DNA from: a virus
DNA: 64,000 bases
IMG/VR virus record: IMGVR_UViG_3300036834_000189
Coordinates: 32,001-96,000 of that record
Reading direction: 5' to 3' (one strand)
The notes beneath the pieces were generated by a model. It made no database searches. It was not told the origin of the DNA and saw only the letters and a list, made by a program, of their open reading frames with translations. Positions 39,601 to 48,935 of the stretch are shown here, piece by piece. How positions within the stretch are numbered: position 1 is the stretch's first letter; each line of letters begins with the position of its first letter. The translations under genes were made by a program, and so were the position numbers.

Positions 39601-41524
39601 GGGGGTTGTCGCCAAGGGTTCTGGTCAGGACGAGCTGAACGCCGCGTTCGAGGAGTTGCACCCGCGCGGGCCGGGCGGCAAGTTCGCCAAGAAGTCCAGC
39701 GAGGTCGAGCACTGGACCGCCAGCAGCCCGATGCCGGACGAGCTGAACGGTGTCGCGTTCAAGCCGTTCAACGCGCCCACCACTACCGCGGGCTGGAACA
39801 AGGTCGCCGGGCAGAAGCCCGATCTCGTCGAGCCGGATATAGAGGTTCCTCCCGGCAAGCATGTGAGCGCCGGGCTATTGATCCAGGAACCGGATGGTCG
39901 CGTGTGGCTGGTCAAGCCGAAGGGTGGTTATGGCGATTACAACTACACATACCCGAAGGGGACGCAGGACCCGGGACTGTCGTTGCAGGCGACCGCGATC
40001 AAGGAAGCGTTCGAGGAGTCGGGTCTGCACGGCGAGATCACCGGGCTGGCGGGTGACTACCTCGGCGAGACCAGCATCACGCGGTATTATCTCGCCAAGC
40101 GGATCGGCGGCTCGCCGACCCAGTTCGAAAAGGAGAGCGAAGGCGTCAGTCTGGTCCCGCCCGAGAAGCTGCACGACTTCCTGAACAAGGAGCGCGACCG
40201 GAATATTGCGACCAACCACTTCATCGCGCCGCCCAAGCCGGTCATCGGCAAGACGGTCGATACCGGCGCGATGAAAAAGGTCGGCGGGAAACTCGGCAGC
40301 AACCCCGGAGCGCAGTACGAGGACGACGAGGGCAACAAGTATTACGCCAAGTTCCTCAAGTCGCCCGATCACGCCAAGAACGAGTTGCTGGCTGCCGCGC
40401 TCTACAATGCGGTGGGCTCGCCGACCCTCAACTATCACCCCGACAAAGACCCCAAGAATGTCGTCACCGACTGGCAGGAGCCCGACAAGAAAGGCGGCGT
40501 GAAGAATTTCACCCCGGACGAGAAGCGCGAGGCGCAGAAGCATTTCGCAACGCATGCGTGGCTGGCGAACTGGGATGCCGCTGGTTTGGGCGGCGACAAT
40601 CAGCAGATCATCGGCGGCAAGCCGATGACCGTCGATGTCGGCGGTGCATTACTCTACCGCGCGCAGGGCGATTCCAAAGGGTCGGCGTTCAACACCGCGG
40701 CGAGCGAGTGGGAGACGATGCGCGACGCCAAGACCAACAAGGATTCGGCGGATCTGTTTGGCGGCATGACGCCCGCGATGCTGAAAAACTCGGCCGACCG
40801 GCTGGGACAGATCACCGATTCGCAGATCCGCAACCTGGTCGACGTGCACGGGCCGGGCTCGACAGTCGAGAAATCGGCGCTCGCCGCGATGCTGATCAAG
40901 CGCAAGGAGAACATCCTGGCCAAGGCGGTCCCGCCCGCGCCGCCAAAGCCCGCCGAGCCGCAGCATCATCCCACCGGTTATGCGCTGCCGACCACGAATT
41001 CTCCCGGCGCCGCGATGCCGGCGCTGAACGACGCGGCGCCGCCGACGGCATCGGGGGTGCAGCGCACCGCGATCAAGAATTACACCGATCACCATTACCG
41101 TGAGATCAACCAGCAGCTGCGCTATGGACTGGTCAGCGAGCACGGCCAATACGGCAAGACCATCTCTCAGCTGACCGACTGGCTCGACAAGGCGGACTTC
41201 CCCGAGGACCGCGTCTTGACCCGCGGCGTCGATGGTTCATACGCCGAATTTCTCAAGGGGCTGCACATCGGCTCCGAGTTTCGCGATGTCGGGTTTGTAT
41301 CGATGAGCGTCAAGAAAGACCCGCCGATGGGGTCTCATACGATCATGGAAGTGCGGGTGCCCAAGGGTTCGAAAGCCGCCTCGGCGCATCATATCAGCGA
41401 TCACCATACCGAGTACGAAGTCATCGGCCAGCGCGGCAGCTACCTGCGTCTGGTTGGCAAGATGCCGAATGGCCGATTGATTGTTGACTTGTTGCCGCCA
41501 ACATATGAACCGAAGAAGAAGTGA
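36653..41524 (+). CDS. portal protein (DUF1073-like) fused to Cys-cluster, NUDIX, HipA/PI3K-like kinase and ADP-ribosyltransferase domains
   Basis: Portal motifs IPLVKLLGIQPAGLNASSEGE and IHKSRLL; Nudix box PKG........TAIKEAFEESG; kinase-like GSNPG/YAK/NE/WLANWD/VDVGG; ART R...SMS...EYE. Confidence 0.85.
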   Translation: MSDTKITNLQEVARTEKPISRILDSVVEHSARKPQPFSAYDFDRLNRLFPPVVEKAVRDAGIPTLAQDQTVMGTYGWAAQDVIYSAFAEGVVFLGYSYLATLAQRAEYRVVTETIAGEMTREWIELKAASGDDSKHDRIKAIEDRLDALDARNCFRKCAESDGFFGRGHLYLDTGMTDDSEELLSDLGSGRSVMSQTKIGPDKNQKLIGLQPVEATWAYPTHYESVDPLKRDWYSPTTWYIMSREIHKSRLLTFVSREVPDILKPAYAFGGLSMSQMLKPYVDNWLRTRQSVSDLIQNFSHNVLHTNMDATTAVGGDNMFARVALFNNIKNNQGTILVDKDAEDWSNVSVPLGGLDHLQAQAQEHMAAIARIPLVKLLGIQPAGLNASSEGELISFEDWIAALQELLFRKPLTSVIDFVQLSMWGFIDHDITFDFVPLRQLKPQEQAELSSTVAQTRELYMNMGAVDGQEVREALAQDDDAPFAGLDLSQPLPQPPMPPGGMGGPGGPGGPPGGAKPNGAGGPPMQPPMGDTRSPALPFPTGARDVGIARGFAHDAALLSHASVAFEHPAQGVDHCAQCGHYLGVDDCELVRPPVKPADWCDRFTDAEVEDDVEDDDFAEDADWDPQEHPQSAKTGQFIAKGTSEGGGAIPEPPQIQSQHAANIGKQKHLDALHAHAKAGDWSKVAAYPTPGTNTYAKKVQKYKADLLKLAPKGEGAPKSEEEAEAYKPEVPDFYKKDLGKQGFGFMGEGSGGSQLFQEPATQISVKVEPPAAESGNATWSIFDKAGKVIQEGEAAGHLEFAVKKHLAAAKSAGPSPEPAAAPEAAKVTSMEVTKTAQGMGFEVAGYGEMVNPATGHVLKVDPGGKWTIKEKNGDLEAKGDSFAELKSALEFGAVNGPVTWGSPKLEAETEAATKEAASVVKPKGASKIYSHETATKWAADPKAVSEPALRYSNGDATNETETLVIGTGAKNQGKWQIWKKGEGVVAKGSGQDELNAAFEELHPRGPGGKFAKKSSEVEHWTASSPMPDELNGVAFKPFNAPTTTAGWNKVAGQKPDLVEPDIEVPPGKHVSAGLLIQEPDGRVWLVKPKGGYGDYNYTYPKGTQDPGLSLQATAIKEAFEESGLHGEITGLAGDYLGETSITRYYLAKRIGGSPTQFEKESEGVSLVPPEKLHDFLNKERDRNIATNHFIAPPKPVIGKTVDTGAMKKVGGKLGSNPGAQYEDDEGNKYYAKFLKSPDHAKNELLAAALYNAVGSPTLNYHPDKDPKNVVTDWQEPDKKGGVKNFTPDEKREAQKHFATHAWLANWDAAGLGGDNQQIIGGKPMTVDVGGALLYRAQGDSKGSAFNTAASEWETMRDAKTNKDSADLFGGMTPAMLKNSADRLGQITDSQIRNLVDVHGPGSTVEKSALAAMLIKRKENILAKAVPPAPPKPAEPQHHPTGYALPTTNSPGAAMPALNDAAPPTASGVQRTAIKNYTDHHYREINQQLRYGLVSEHGQYGKTISQLTDWLDKADFPEDRVLTRGVDGSYAEFLKGLHIGSEFRDVGFVSMSVKKDPPMGSHTIMEVRVPKGSKAASAHHISDHHTEYEVIGQRGSYLRLVGKMPNGRLIVDLLPPTYEPKKK

Positions 41525-41535
41525 GGAGAACCGCG

Positions 41536-41718
41536 ATGAGCGACGACAAGCAAAGCGATCGTGACGACAAATTTACCTACAAGCAAGGCGACCTCGAATT
41601 GGTGTACGAGCCGACAACCGGTCCAAAGGTCGGTGACACGATCGTCGACCTGTCGCAGCCGGGCGAAGGCGCAGGCGAGGAATCCGAGGAAGCCGAGGAA
41701 TCCGAAGAGTCGGAGTAA
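41536..41718 (+). CDS. small acidic protein (candidate immunity or partner of the ART)
   Basis: GAGGAG RBS directly after the ART domain; highly acidic. Confidence 0.5.
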   Translation: MSDDKQSDRDDKFTYKQGDLELVYEPTTGPKVGDTIVDLSQPGEGAGEESEEAEESEESE

Positions 41719-41985
41719 GCAGGAGGATCACGAAAATGTCGGATCTCGACAAATTGTGGGTGATGTTTCATCGCTACGAACCGATGCTTGCCGAGCAGTA
41801 CGCCGCGTGGCTGGCGCAGCAAACGCCGCCCGCCGAGCCGGCGTCCGAGGAAGCCGAGCCGGCGCCCGATGAAGAGCCGGGCGGCGAAGAGCCGGGAACC
41901 GGGCATCTCACCCGGCCTACCGGCGACCCGCGGACCACGACTCGACACACCACGACGACCACGACTCGCACGTGATGGCGAAACG

Positions 41986-43248
41986 ATGCCCGCCGATCAG
42001 AACGGTGCGCAGTTCCTCGGGCAGTTGAAGACCGCCGTCCGCGGACTTCTGGCGTGGCTGAGCGAGGAAGCGGACGAGCCCGAGCACCCGTCAGCACAAG
42101 CCGGGATGATGCCCAGGGGGCGTCTGCCTAGCCCTGGGGGCGGTGCCGGGGGCGATGCCGGGGGCGATGCCGGCAGCCCGACTACGGCGAGCCCAGCCGG
42201 CCCGCAGGGCACCACGGGGGGTGGTGTAAAGGGCGGCGGCACCAAGGACACCTCGCTCAACGCACCAGCCTCGCTCGAAGCGGGATCGTTCCGCGAGCCG
42301 CACCTGACCGAAGCCGGCAACCCGCGTGTGCCGCTGCAGGACTGCGGCGACGCGACAAACAATGGCGGTTGGGGCTCGCCGCCGATCAAGCCGCGTCCCT
42401 CGGTCGACGCGCGCAGCGGCGGGCGTACCGGCTGGCGTTCACCGTCGTTTGATCTGGCGCCGTCTCAGTCTCGGTTTACGGCTCCAGGACGGCGGAACAA
42501 TGTCGCGACCGATCCGCCGGTCTCGGAGGCGCAGCGCCGCGCGATGGGTGCGGCGAAGAGCGGGCGGTCCAATCTCGGGATCCCGCAATCGGTTGGCAAG
42601 GAGTTCATCGAGGCCGACCCCGGCGGCAAATTGCCGGCGACCACTGACCAGCGCGGCGCGATCTCGACCGATCCGATCCACGCGCAAGCATTGCGCAGCG
42701 CCCCGGTGAGCAGCCAGGTGCTCAACCCGCCGGTGGCGACACCGCGCGCCGCTGATCAGCCCGAGCTGCGCGAGGCGCACCAGGGGTCGACGGTCGACCC
42801 GGCCAAAGCCTACCATCTGAACCAGTTCAAGCAGAAAGAGCACCTATACAATTCGATGAAGGGTCAGCAGGTGCCGACGGTGTTTGCCGACAAGCATTTG
42901 AAGGATCTCGACAACCTGCAAAAACAAATGCTGGAGCATGCGCAGCACGGCGGGTTCGCGCACGGCCAGCAGTCGCCGGGGGCCGAGGGCGACCATGGGA
43001 TGACCGGCACGGCGGGAACCGCCAACTGGCAGTCGCCGATGTTCCCGTCGACTGACGCCGGCACTCCCGAGGGTGCGCGCAAAGCGGCGCAGACCCGCGC
43101 CGGTGGTGCCGGTGGTGCAGCTCTGCGCTCGCAGATGGGGAAGGGGCCATCTCCCCTAAAGCCGTATAAGCCTAGCGGTGCCGAGTCGCGAGCCAAAAGG
43201 CGCGAAGCCGGATCGCCGTACCGCCCGCCGACTGGTGGTTGGTCGTAA
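41986..43248 (+). CDS. low-complexity putative head-internal protein
   Basis: Between portal and protease; repeated WxSP and xTD motifs; VSEAQRRAM.AA..G.S.LGIP..VGKEF module. Confidence 0.55.
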   Translation: MPADQNGAQFLGQLKTAVRGLLAWLSEEADEPEHPSAQAGMMPRGRLPSPGGGAGGDAGGDAGSPTTASPAGPQGTTGGGVKGGGTKDTSLNAPASLEAGSFREPHLTEAGNPRVPLQDCGDATNNGGWGSPPIKPRPSVDARSGGRTGWRSPSFDLAPSQSRFTAPGRRNNVATDPPVSEAQRRAMGAAKSGRSNLGIPQSVGKEFIEADPGGKLPATTDQRGAISTDPIHAQALRSAPVSSQVLNPPVATPRAADQPELREAHQGSTVDPAKAYHLNQFKQKEHLYNSMKGQQVPTVFADKHLKDLDNLQKQMLEHAQHGGFAHGQQSPGAEGDHGMTGTAGTANWQSPMFPSTDAGTPEGARKAAQTRAGGAGGAALRSQMGKGPSPLKPYKPSGAESRAKRREAGSPYRPPTGGWS

Positions 43249-43261
43249 GAGGGTACTGAAC

Positions 43262-44152
43262 ATGTGGTCTTCACCGCGGTTCCCGGTCATGGCATTGGAC
43301 GCCGTGAAACACGATCCGCATACCGGCCAATTCACCAGCGGTGGCGGTGGTGGTGCGCCCACTGGCAAGTTTACCGCATCCCATCTCGATCAGCTGCGCA
43401 GTCAGATGAGCGGGATCAAGCGCATCGATCCGTCATCGCCGTCTTACAAAAAGATGACCGCGCATCTCGACTCATTGAACCCGGCGCAGTTGAAACAGAT
43501 ACACGAAGCCAAGATCCCGTTCTTGAGCAATCTGGCTCATAACCGAATCATCCGCGCCGCCAATAAGCCCCCAGCGACCGACGCCGGCACCAGCGAGGGC
43601 GCGCGCAAAGCCGCCGCGACTCGTGCGTCTGGGGGAGGCGGTGGTGATCCCAAAGCCGAGCACCGAACCGCTCACGCCTATCACAAGGCCCAGGGCATCG
43701 CCGGGAAAGAAGGTCATGGAGCCGCGGCGGCGCTGCATCAGCACGCGTTTCATATGCATACGAACATAAACCCGATGGTGCGCAGCAAGGCTGGAGAGGC
43801 GTCGCAAAAGGCTTGGGCAGCTTCTGAGAAGCTCGGTTACAAGCCCCCAGCGACCGACGCCGGCACTAGCGAAGGGGCGCGCAAAGCGGCTGCGACGCGC
43901 GCAGCAGGAGGCGCCGCTCCCGCCAAAAAAATAGCTGAATCTGGAGGCCAGAAGTGGATTTCCTCTGGTGGTGGGGCATATAAACCAATCGGTAAGTTTT
44001 CTGTTCACAAATACGAAGAAAATAGTGAACCAAGTTTACATAATATGGTTCACCATACTAATAGTGAGCAGGAGGCTAATAAGAAAGCTAGTAATCTTTG
44101 GCAGAAGACTGGTATTCCACATATTACTAGACATACTCAATATTTACGATGA
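43262..44152 (+). CDS. putative head-internal modular protein
   Basis: Leader WSSPRFPVMALDA, then HDPHTGQFTSGGGG and two TDAGTSEGARKAAATRA repeats. Confidence 0.6.
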   Translation: MWSSPRFPVMALDAVKHDPHTGQFTSGGGGGAPTGKFTASHLDQLRSQMSGIKRIDPSSPSYKKMTAHLDSLNPAQLKQIHEAKIPFLSNLAHNRIIRAANKPPATDAGTSEGARKAAATRASGGGGGDPKAEHRTAHAYHKAQGIAGKEGHGAAAALHQHAFHMHTNINPMVRSKAGEASQKAWAASEKLGYKPPATDAGTSEGARKAAATRAAGGAAPAKKIAESGGQKWISSGGGAYKPIGKFSVHKYEENSEPSLHNMVHHTNSEQEANKKASNLWQKTGIPHITRHTQYLR

Positions 44153-44377
44153 ATCCGGGGTAAGAAGCCCGACGACGCCGCGGTGAAGGCGCGTGTATGA
44201 AGACGGTGTACCGGTGGGTCCGGATGCTCCTGGTCGACGCCGGTATGTGGTATTTGAGGTGGGTGGTGCCGCGCGATCAGCGGCTGGTGATCACAATCGA
44301 TCCGGTTGAAGAGCCGGACTTCACCTGGCTGATCGACAAGCCAAAAACCAAGATCGATGAGGACGCTTAGATCCGGC

Positions 44378-46045
44378 ATGTTCGAGCATCTGGCGCTTGA
44401 TCAAGCGACTGTGCGCAGCCGCAGTGAAGACGGGCATCTGCACGTCGGCCAGTCGAACATCTCGAAAGCCACGGTCAACCCCTATTGGGGCCGCGAGATA
44501 CCAGGCTACGACGAACTCGGTCTGGACCCCGACAAGAAGTACCTGCTGTGGCGGCACCCCGGCGAGCTGGCGAAGGGGGCCAAGACCTTCAACAACCTGC
44601 CGATCATGGCGGACCACGTCCCGATCAGCGCCGACAAGCACCGCCCCGATCTGGTGATCGGCTCGACCGGGACCGACGCGCAGTTCGCCGATCCCTACCT
44701 CAGAAACTCGCTGGTGTTCTGGACCAAGCCGGCGATCGACGCGATCGAGAGCAACGAGCAAAAAGAGCTTAGCGCCGCTTATCACTATGTCCCGGTGATG
44801 ACCCCGGGTGTCACGCCCGACGGTCAGCGCTACGACGGCATCATGACCCAGCTACGCGGCAATCACGTTGCTTTGGTGGAAGACGGACGCGCTGGGAAGG
44901 ATGTCGTCGTTGGCGATTCTGCTTTTGACCCGACCGCTGCAAGCGGCATTGCAAGGAGTACCCAAATGGCAAAACTAGCGCCTGCTGGCTTGGTAGCGCG
45001 CAGTGCTCTGTTCACCTACCTGTCGCCGCGGCTGGCGGCCGACCAGTCGATCGATCTCAACAGTCTGGTCGCCGGGATCACCTCGAAGAACTATGCGGCG
45101 CGGCGCGGTGCATTGAAAGACAAGGTAACCGCCGCGGCGCGTGGCAAGCTCGCGATGGACGCCGATCTGCGGGATCTGGCGAACCTGCTCGACGCGTTGT
45201 CGCCCGACGCCGAAAGCGCCGACCAGCTGACGACCGCGCCGTCAGCCGGTCCGCCGATGGGCGCCGTGGGGGGCGGCGCTGCCCCACCGATGGACGCCGA
45301 GCCACACGACACTCTGGCGAAGATCAAGGCGTTTCTCGAAGAGCAGGGGGTCAGCCCCGAGATCATCAACAATCTCGACGCCTTCGCCGCCAGCGCCGGG
45401 CAGCCGCCAAATGGCGCTGGCGGCAACGGACCAGCGCCCCCGCCGCCGCCTCCGGGACCCGGCGACCGGCGCACCGCGGGCGATCAGGGTCCGGCGAATG
45501 CCGGCATGTTCGCCAAGGAGAAGACCGGTGCGGACGAGGGCATGGAGACGCGCGGCGAGGAGGGCGAGGGGGAGCCGAGCGAGCTGTCCATCGACCAGGA
45601 GGAAGCCTGTGACGAGGACGAGACCGAGGAAGAGCGGAAAAAGCGAGAGGCGGAGGACGAAGTGATACCCAACAAGCAGGACGACGTGGATGGCGTGGTC
45701 ACCAAGAGCGCCATGGACCGGGCGATCAAGATCGCCCAGGACCGCGCGATCCGCAATCAGCGGGCGGTGCGCGACGCCGAGCGTTTTGTGCGCCCGTGGG
45801 TCGGCGATCTCGCGATGGACGCGATGCACCCGGCCGATATTTACCGGACCGCATTGAAGTCGCTCGGGGTGCGCGGTGCCGACACAATGCACAACGACGC
45901 GCTGCGCCCGGTGCTCGAAGCGCAGCCGCGACCGTCGCGGACGACGGGCCGGGTTGGTGTGCCGCGCGATATGGCGGCCGACGCCAAGCCGCAGCAGAGC
46001 TTTTTGGAGCGGTTTCCGGAAGTGAAGGGCGTTCGGCTGCAGTAA
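44378..46045 (+). CDS. prohead protease/scaffold (DUF2213 family)
   Basis: DGHLHV..SNISKA.VNPY.GREIP, KELSAAY and [17 protein letters not shown]; disordered scaffold-like C-terminus. Confidence 0.85.
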   Translation: MFEHLALDQATVRSRSEDGHLHVGQSNISKATVNPYWGREIPGYDELGLDPDKKYLLWRHPGELAKGAKTFNNLPIMADHVPISADKHRPDLVIGSTGTDAQFADPYLRNSLVFWTKPAIDAIESNEQKELSAAYHYVPVMTPGVTPDGQRYDGIMTQLRGNHVALVEDGRAGKDVVVGDSAFDPTAASGIARSTQMAKLAPAGLVARSALFTYLSPRLAADQSIDLNSLVAGITSKNYAARRGALKDKVTAAARGKLAMDADLRDLANLLDALSPDAESADQLTTAPSAGPPMGAVGGGAAPPMDAEPHDTLAKIKAFLEEQGVSPEIINNLDAFAASAGQPPNGAGGNGPAPPPPPPGPGDRRTAGDQGPANAGMFAKEKTGADEGMETRGEEGEGEPSELSIDQEEACDEDETEEERKKREAEDEVIPNKQDDVDGVVTKSAMDRAIKIAQDRAIRNQRAVRDAERFVRPWVGDLAMDAMHPADIYRTALKSLGVRGADTMHNDALRPVLEAQPRPSRTTGRVGVPRDMAADAKPQQSFLERFPEVKGVRLQ

Positions 46046-46321
46046 GAGGTGAGTGAGCCCTACAGTAGGCTGTAGGTTGTAAGGCTCATTCAAAAAAGCC
46101 CGCGGAGCCCCGCTAGAGCCCCTTAGAGCCGGGGAGCTGTCGCACTACCGGCCGACCCGCTTCACGCGCTCAGGCGGGCACGGGCGCGGCTCTGTCGGGG
46201 GGTTCATACCGCTCAACGCGGCCTCTATCTCGCGAATGACGCGGTCGATCTCCGGGAGCCGCATGCCGAGCGTGGGGCGCGCGCGTTCCTGCTGCCAGGC
46301 GCGGAGTCGGTCTCTGAGTCG

Positions 46322-46512
46322 TGGCTCGCTCACCATCGTTGGTGCTCTCCCCTCCTCTATGGCTCGCTCTCTCGCTTTGGTTCAACTCTCAGTCAGTGGC
46401 TCGCTCCCTTTTCCTGGTGCTCTCTAGCCTCATGGCTCGCGCCCGTTGGTTCAACTCAGCGGATATGGCTCGCTCGTCGCCCTTGGTTCGACTCAAGTCC
46501 CTTGGCTCGCGC
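46322..46512 (-). repeat. TIGR-like dual-repeat array 3 (5 units)
   Basis: On the + strand TGGCTCGCTC alternates with TGGTGCTCTC/TGGTTCAACTC/TGGTTCGACTC. Spacers are mostly 8 nt (one 10, one 4). Confidence 0.88.
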
Positions 46513-46653
46513 TGACCATCTGAGTTTATCTCTCAGCAAACAAGTAAAAAGTCTCCCGAGACTCGCACTAAGATGGTCGCGGCTTGGGAAGCTCGTAGAG
46601 CAAAGTTCGGACCATCTGGTCGTAAACCCAAGTCATCAAAGGAGGATTAGGAA

Positions 46654-47625
46654 ATGGCCCTCGGGTTTCAAGCGCAAGTATTCCCCCAGCCAGCACCGGG
46701 AGTCGAAGGCGATTTTTGTGACCACAACCCGCGCGCCACGGTGGATGCCGGTCCCGGCGGATTAGTGGCCGGGGTCAACGGCGTGACCGTCGGTCATTTC
46801 GCGTGGCTCGACGCATCGCTGATCGACCCCAACAATGCGCCGACCGTCGTGCAGTCCTTTGCCACACCGGGCGCCCTCAACGTGGCGGGGTTTGTCCACC
46901 GCGAGCAGCAGGGCCTGATCACCAACTGGCTGGGTGGCGCGTCGATGCAGGTGATGGGCGGGTTCCCGGTCACGCTGATGAACGAAGGCGGGTTCTTTGT
47001 CCGCAACAACGGCGTGACCTATTGCCAGCTCGGGCAGAAGGCGTTTGCCCGCACGAGCGACGGCGCGGTGCTGTTTGGCGCCGCCGGGTCGAGTCAGGGC
47101 GCGGTGACCGGCGCCACCGGCGCGATCGCCGCTGGTCCCGCCGTAGCGCTGACTGGCGGGATTCAAGGCAATGTACTCACTGCTACTGCGGTCGCCACGG
47201 GTCCGGTCGTCCCCGGCACCACGATCGCCGGCACCGGCATCCCGGCCGGCACTCAGATCATCTCGCAGCTCAGCGGGACGCCGGGCGGGGTCGGCACCTA
47301 CGCTGTCACACCTGTCGCCGAACTCAATGTCGCCCCCGGCACGGCTATTACCGGCACCTACGGCATCCTCACGGTCACCGTTGCGCCAACCACCGGGGCT
47401 TTTGGTGTCGGCACTGTGCTCACCGGCACCGGGGTGGCGGCGGGCACGGTCATTACAGCGCTCGGCACCGGCACTGGCGGGCTCGGCACGTACTACGTCA
47501 ACAACAACACGGTCGTCGCCTCGACCGCCCTCACCGGCGGCGGTGCGGTCGAGACCAAATGGTACGCGACCAGCGCCGGGGCACCCGGCGAGATCGTCAA
47601 AATGTCGTCATGGCCGCTGGGCTGA
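46654..47625 (+). CDS. head decoration/cement protein with Gly/Thr-rich insertion
   Basis: GFQ.QV..QPAPGVEGDF...NPR, GFVHREQQGLIT and ETKW; immediately upstream of the major capsid gene. Confidence 0.7.
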   Translation: MALGFQAQVFPQPAPGVEGDFCDHNPRATVDAGPGGLVAGVNGVTVGHFAWLDASLIDPNNAPTVVQSFATPGALNVAGFVHREQQGLITNWLGGASMQVMGGFPVTLMNEGGFFVRNNGVTYCQLGQKAFARTSDGAVLFGAAGSSQGAVTGATGAIAAGPAVALTGGIQGNVLTATAVATGPVVPGTTIAGTGIPAGTQIISQLSGTPGGVGTYAVTPVAELNVAPGTAITGTYGILTVTVAPTTGAFGVGTVLTGTGVAAGTVITALGTGTGGLGTYYVNNNTVVASTALTGGGAVETKWYATSAGAPGEIVKMSSWPLG

Positions 47626-47649
47626 TCGGTTAACGGAAAGGAGACTAGC

Positions 47650-48810
47650 ATGGAAAATTTCAGCAGTGCACGGGCCGCCTGGCAGTCCGACCGCGCCGAG
47701 TGGGAAGCAAAGGGTGTCGTTCTCCCTGGGGTGACCAGCTATCTGCCCACCGAGTGGAAGAACAACAGCAAGCTCGCGATGGACGAGATGGACCGGATGG
47801 CGCAGGACATGATGCCGTACGGCTACGGTCACAACTCGATGGCGATGGATGCGCCGCCGCTGCTCTACACTCAGCCGAACTCGGCGGTGCCGGCGCTCCT
47901 CACCACGACAATCGACCCCGATGTCTTCCGCATCCTGTTCAGCCCGAACAAGGCGGCGGAAGCGCTCGACGGCGAGGTCAAGCGCGGCACCTGGCTCGAC
48001 GATGTGATCTTCTTCCCGGTGGTCGAGGCGACCGGCGAAGTATCGTCATACGGCGATTACAGTGAACAAGGCAATGCCGGGGTCAATGTCAACTGGCCCT
48101 CCAGACAAAACTACCTCTTTCAAGTCATCAAGGAATATGGTGAAAGAGAAGTCGAGCGCGGTGGCCTTGCGAGAATTAACTGGGTCAGCGAGATCGACCG
48201 CGCCGCGGCATTGACGATTGCCAAGTTTCTCAACATGGCGTATCTCTTTGGAGTCGCCGGCCTGCAGAATTTCGGGCTCGCCAATGATCCGAACCTGTCG
48301 GCGGCGCTGACCCCGGGACCCAAGATCGCGGGCGGCACGCGGTGGGTCATCAACGGTGTGGTCAACGGCAGCGCCAACGAGATCTATCTCGACATCGAAT
48401 CGCTGTACTACCAGCTGGTGGTCCAGACCGGTGGTCTGGTCGAGCTGGACTCGGATTTGAAGCTCCTGATGTCGCCCGGCTCCTCGGTGGCGATGACCGC
48501 GACCAACTCGTACGGCGTCAATGTCGGCGACCTGATCACCAAGAACTTCCCCAATCTGGAGGTCATCACGATCCCGCAATACGCGGCGCGGTCCAGTGTC
48601 ATGCCGCAGGGGGTCGCGGCCGGCGAGTTTGTCCAGATGATCACGATGGCGGTCGAAGGGCAGAAGACGGCGTTTCCGGCCTACTCAGAAAAAATGCGAG
48701 CGCATCCAGTAATTCGGGCACGCTCTTCTTTCAGCCAAAAAGTTTCCGCCGGGACCTGGGGTACCGTCATGCGCATGCCAGCTGCGGTCTCCAGCATGGT
48801 TGGCGTTTGA
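47650..48810 (+). CDS. major capsid protein (DUF2184-like)
   Basis: VEATGEVSSYGDYS, GL.NDPNL, EKMRAHPV and QKVSAGTWG; position after protease and decoration genes. Confidence 0.88.
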   Translation: MENFSSARAAWQSDRAEWEAKGVVLPGVTSYLPTEWKNNSKLAMDEMDRMAQDMMPYGYGHNSMAMDAPPLLYTQPNSAVPALLTTTIDPDVFRILFSPNKAAEALDGEVKRGTWLDDVIFFPVVEATGEVSSYGDYSEQGNAGVNVNWPSRQNYLFQVIKEYGEREVERGGLARINWVSEIDRAAALTIAKFLNMAYLFGVAGLQNFGLANDPNLSAALTPGPKIAGGTRWVINGVVNGSANEIYLDIESLYYQLVVQTGGLVELDSDLKLLMSPGSSVAMTATNSYGVNVGDLITKNFPNLEVITIPQYAARSSVMPQGVAAGEFVQMITMAVEGQKTAFPAYSEKMRAHPVIRARSSFSQKVSAGTWGTVMRMPAAVSSMVGV

Positions 48811-48925
48811 TTTCAATCACTTAGCCGGATAGGCAGCATCCGCAACTAAGATACCTGCTACTATTGCCATAGCGGCGCGGTCTGGCATGTGCGGGACATC
48901 CAGAAGCGCCGCACCTGGGCATGGG

Positions 48926-48931
48926 TATAAT
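48926..48931 (+). promoter_or_regulatory. -10 box immediately upstream of array 4
   Basis: Perfect TATAAT a few nt before the first (degenerate) repeat. Confidence 0.55.
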
Positions 48932-48935
48932 TGAA

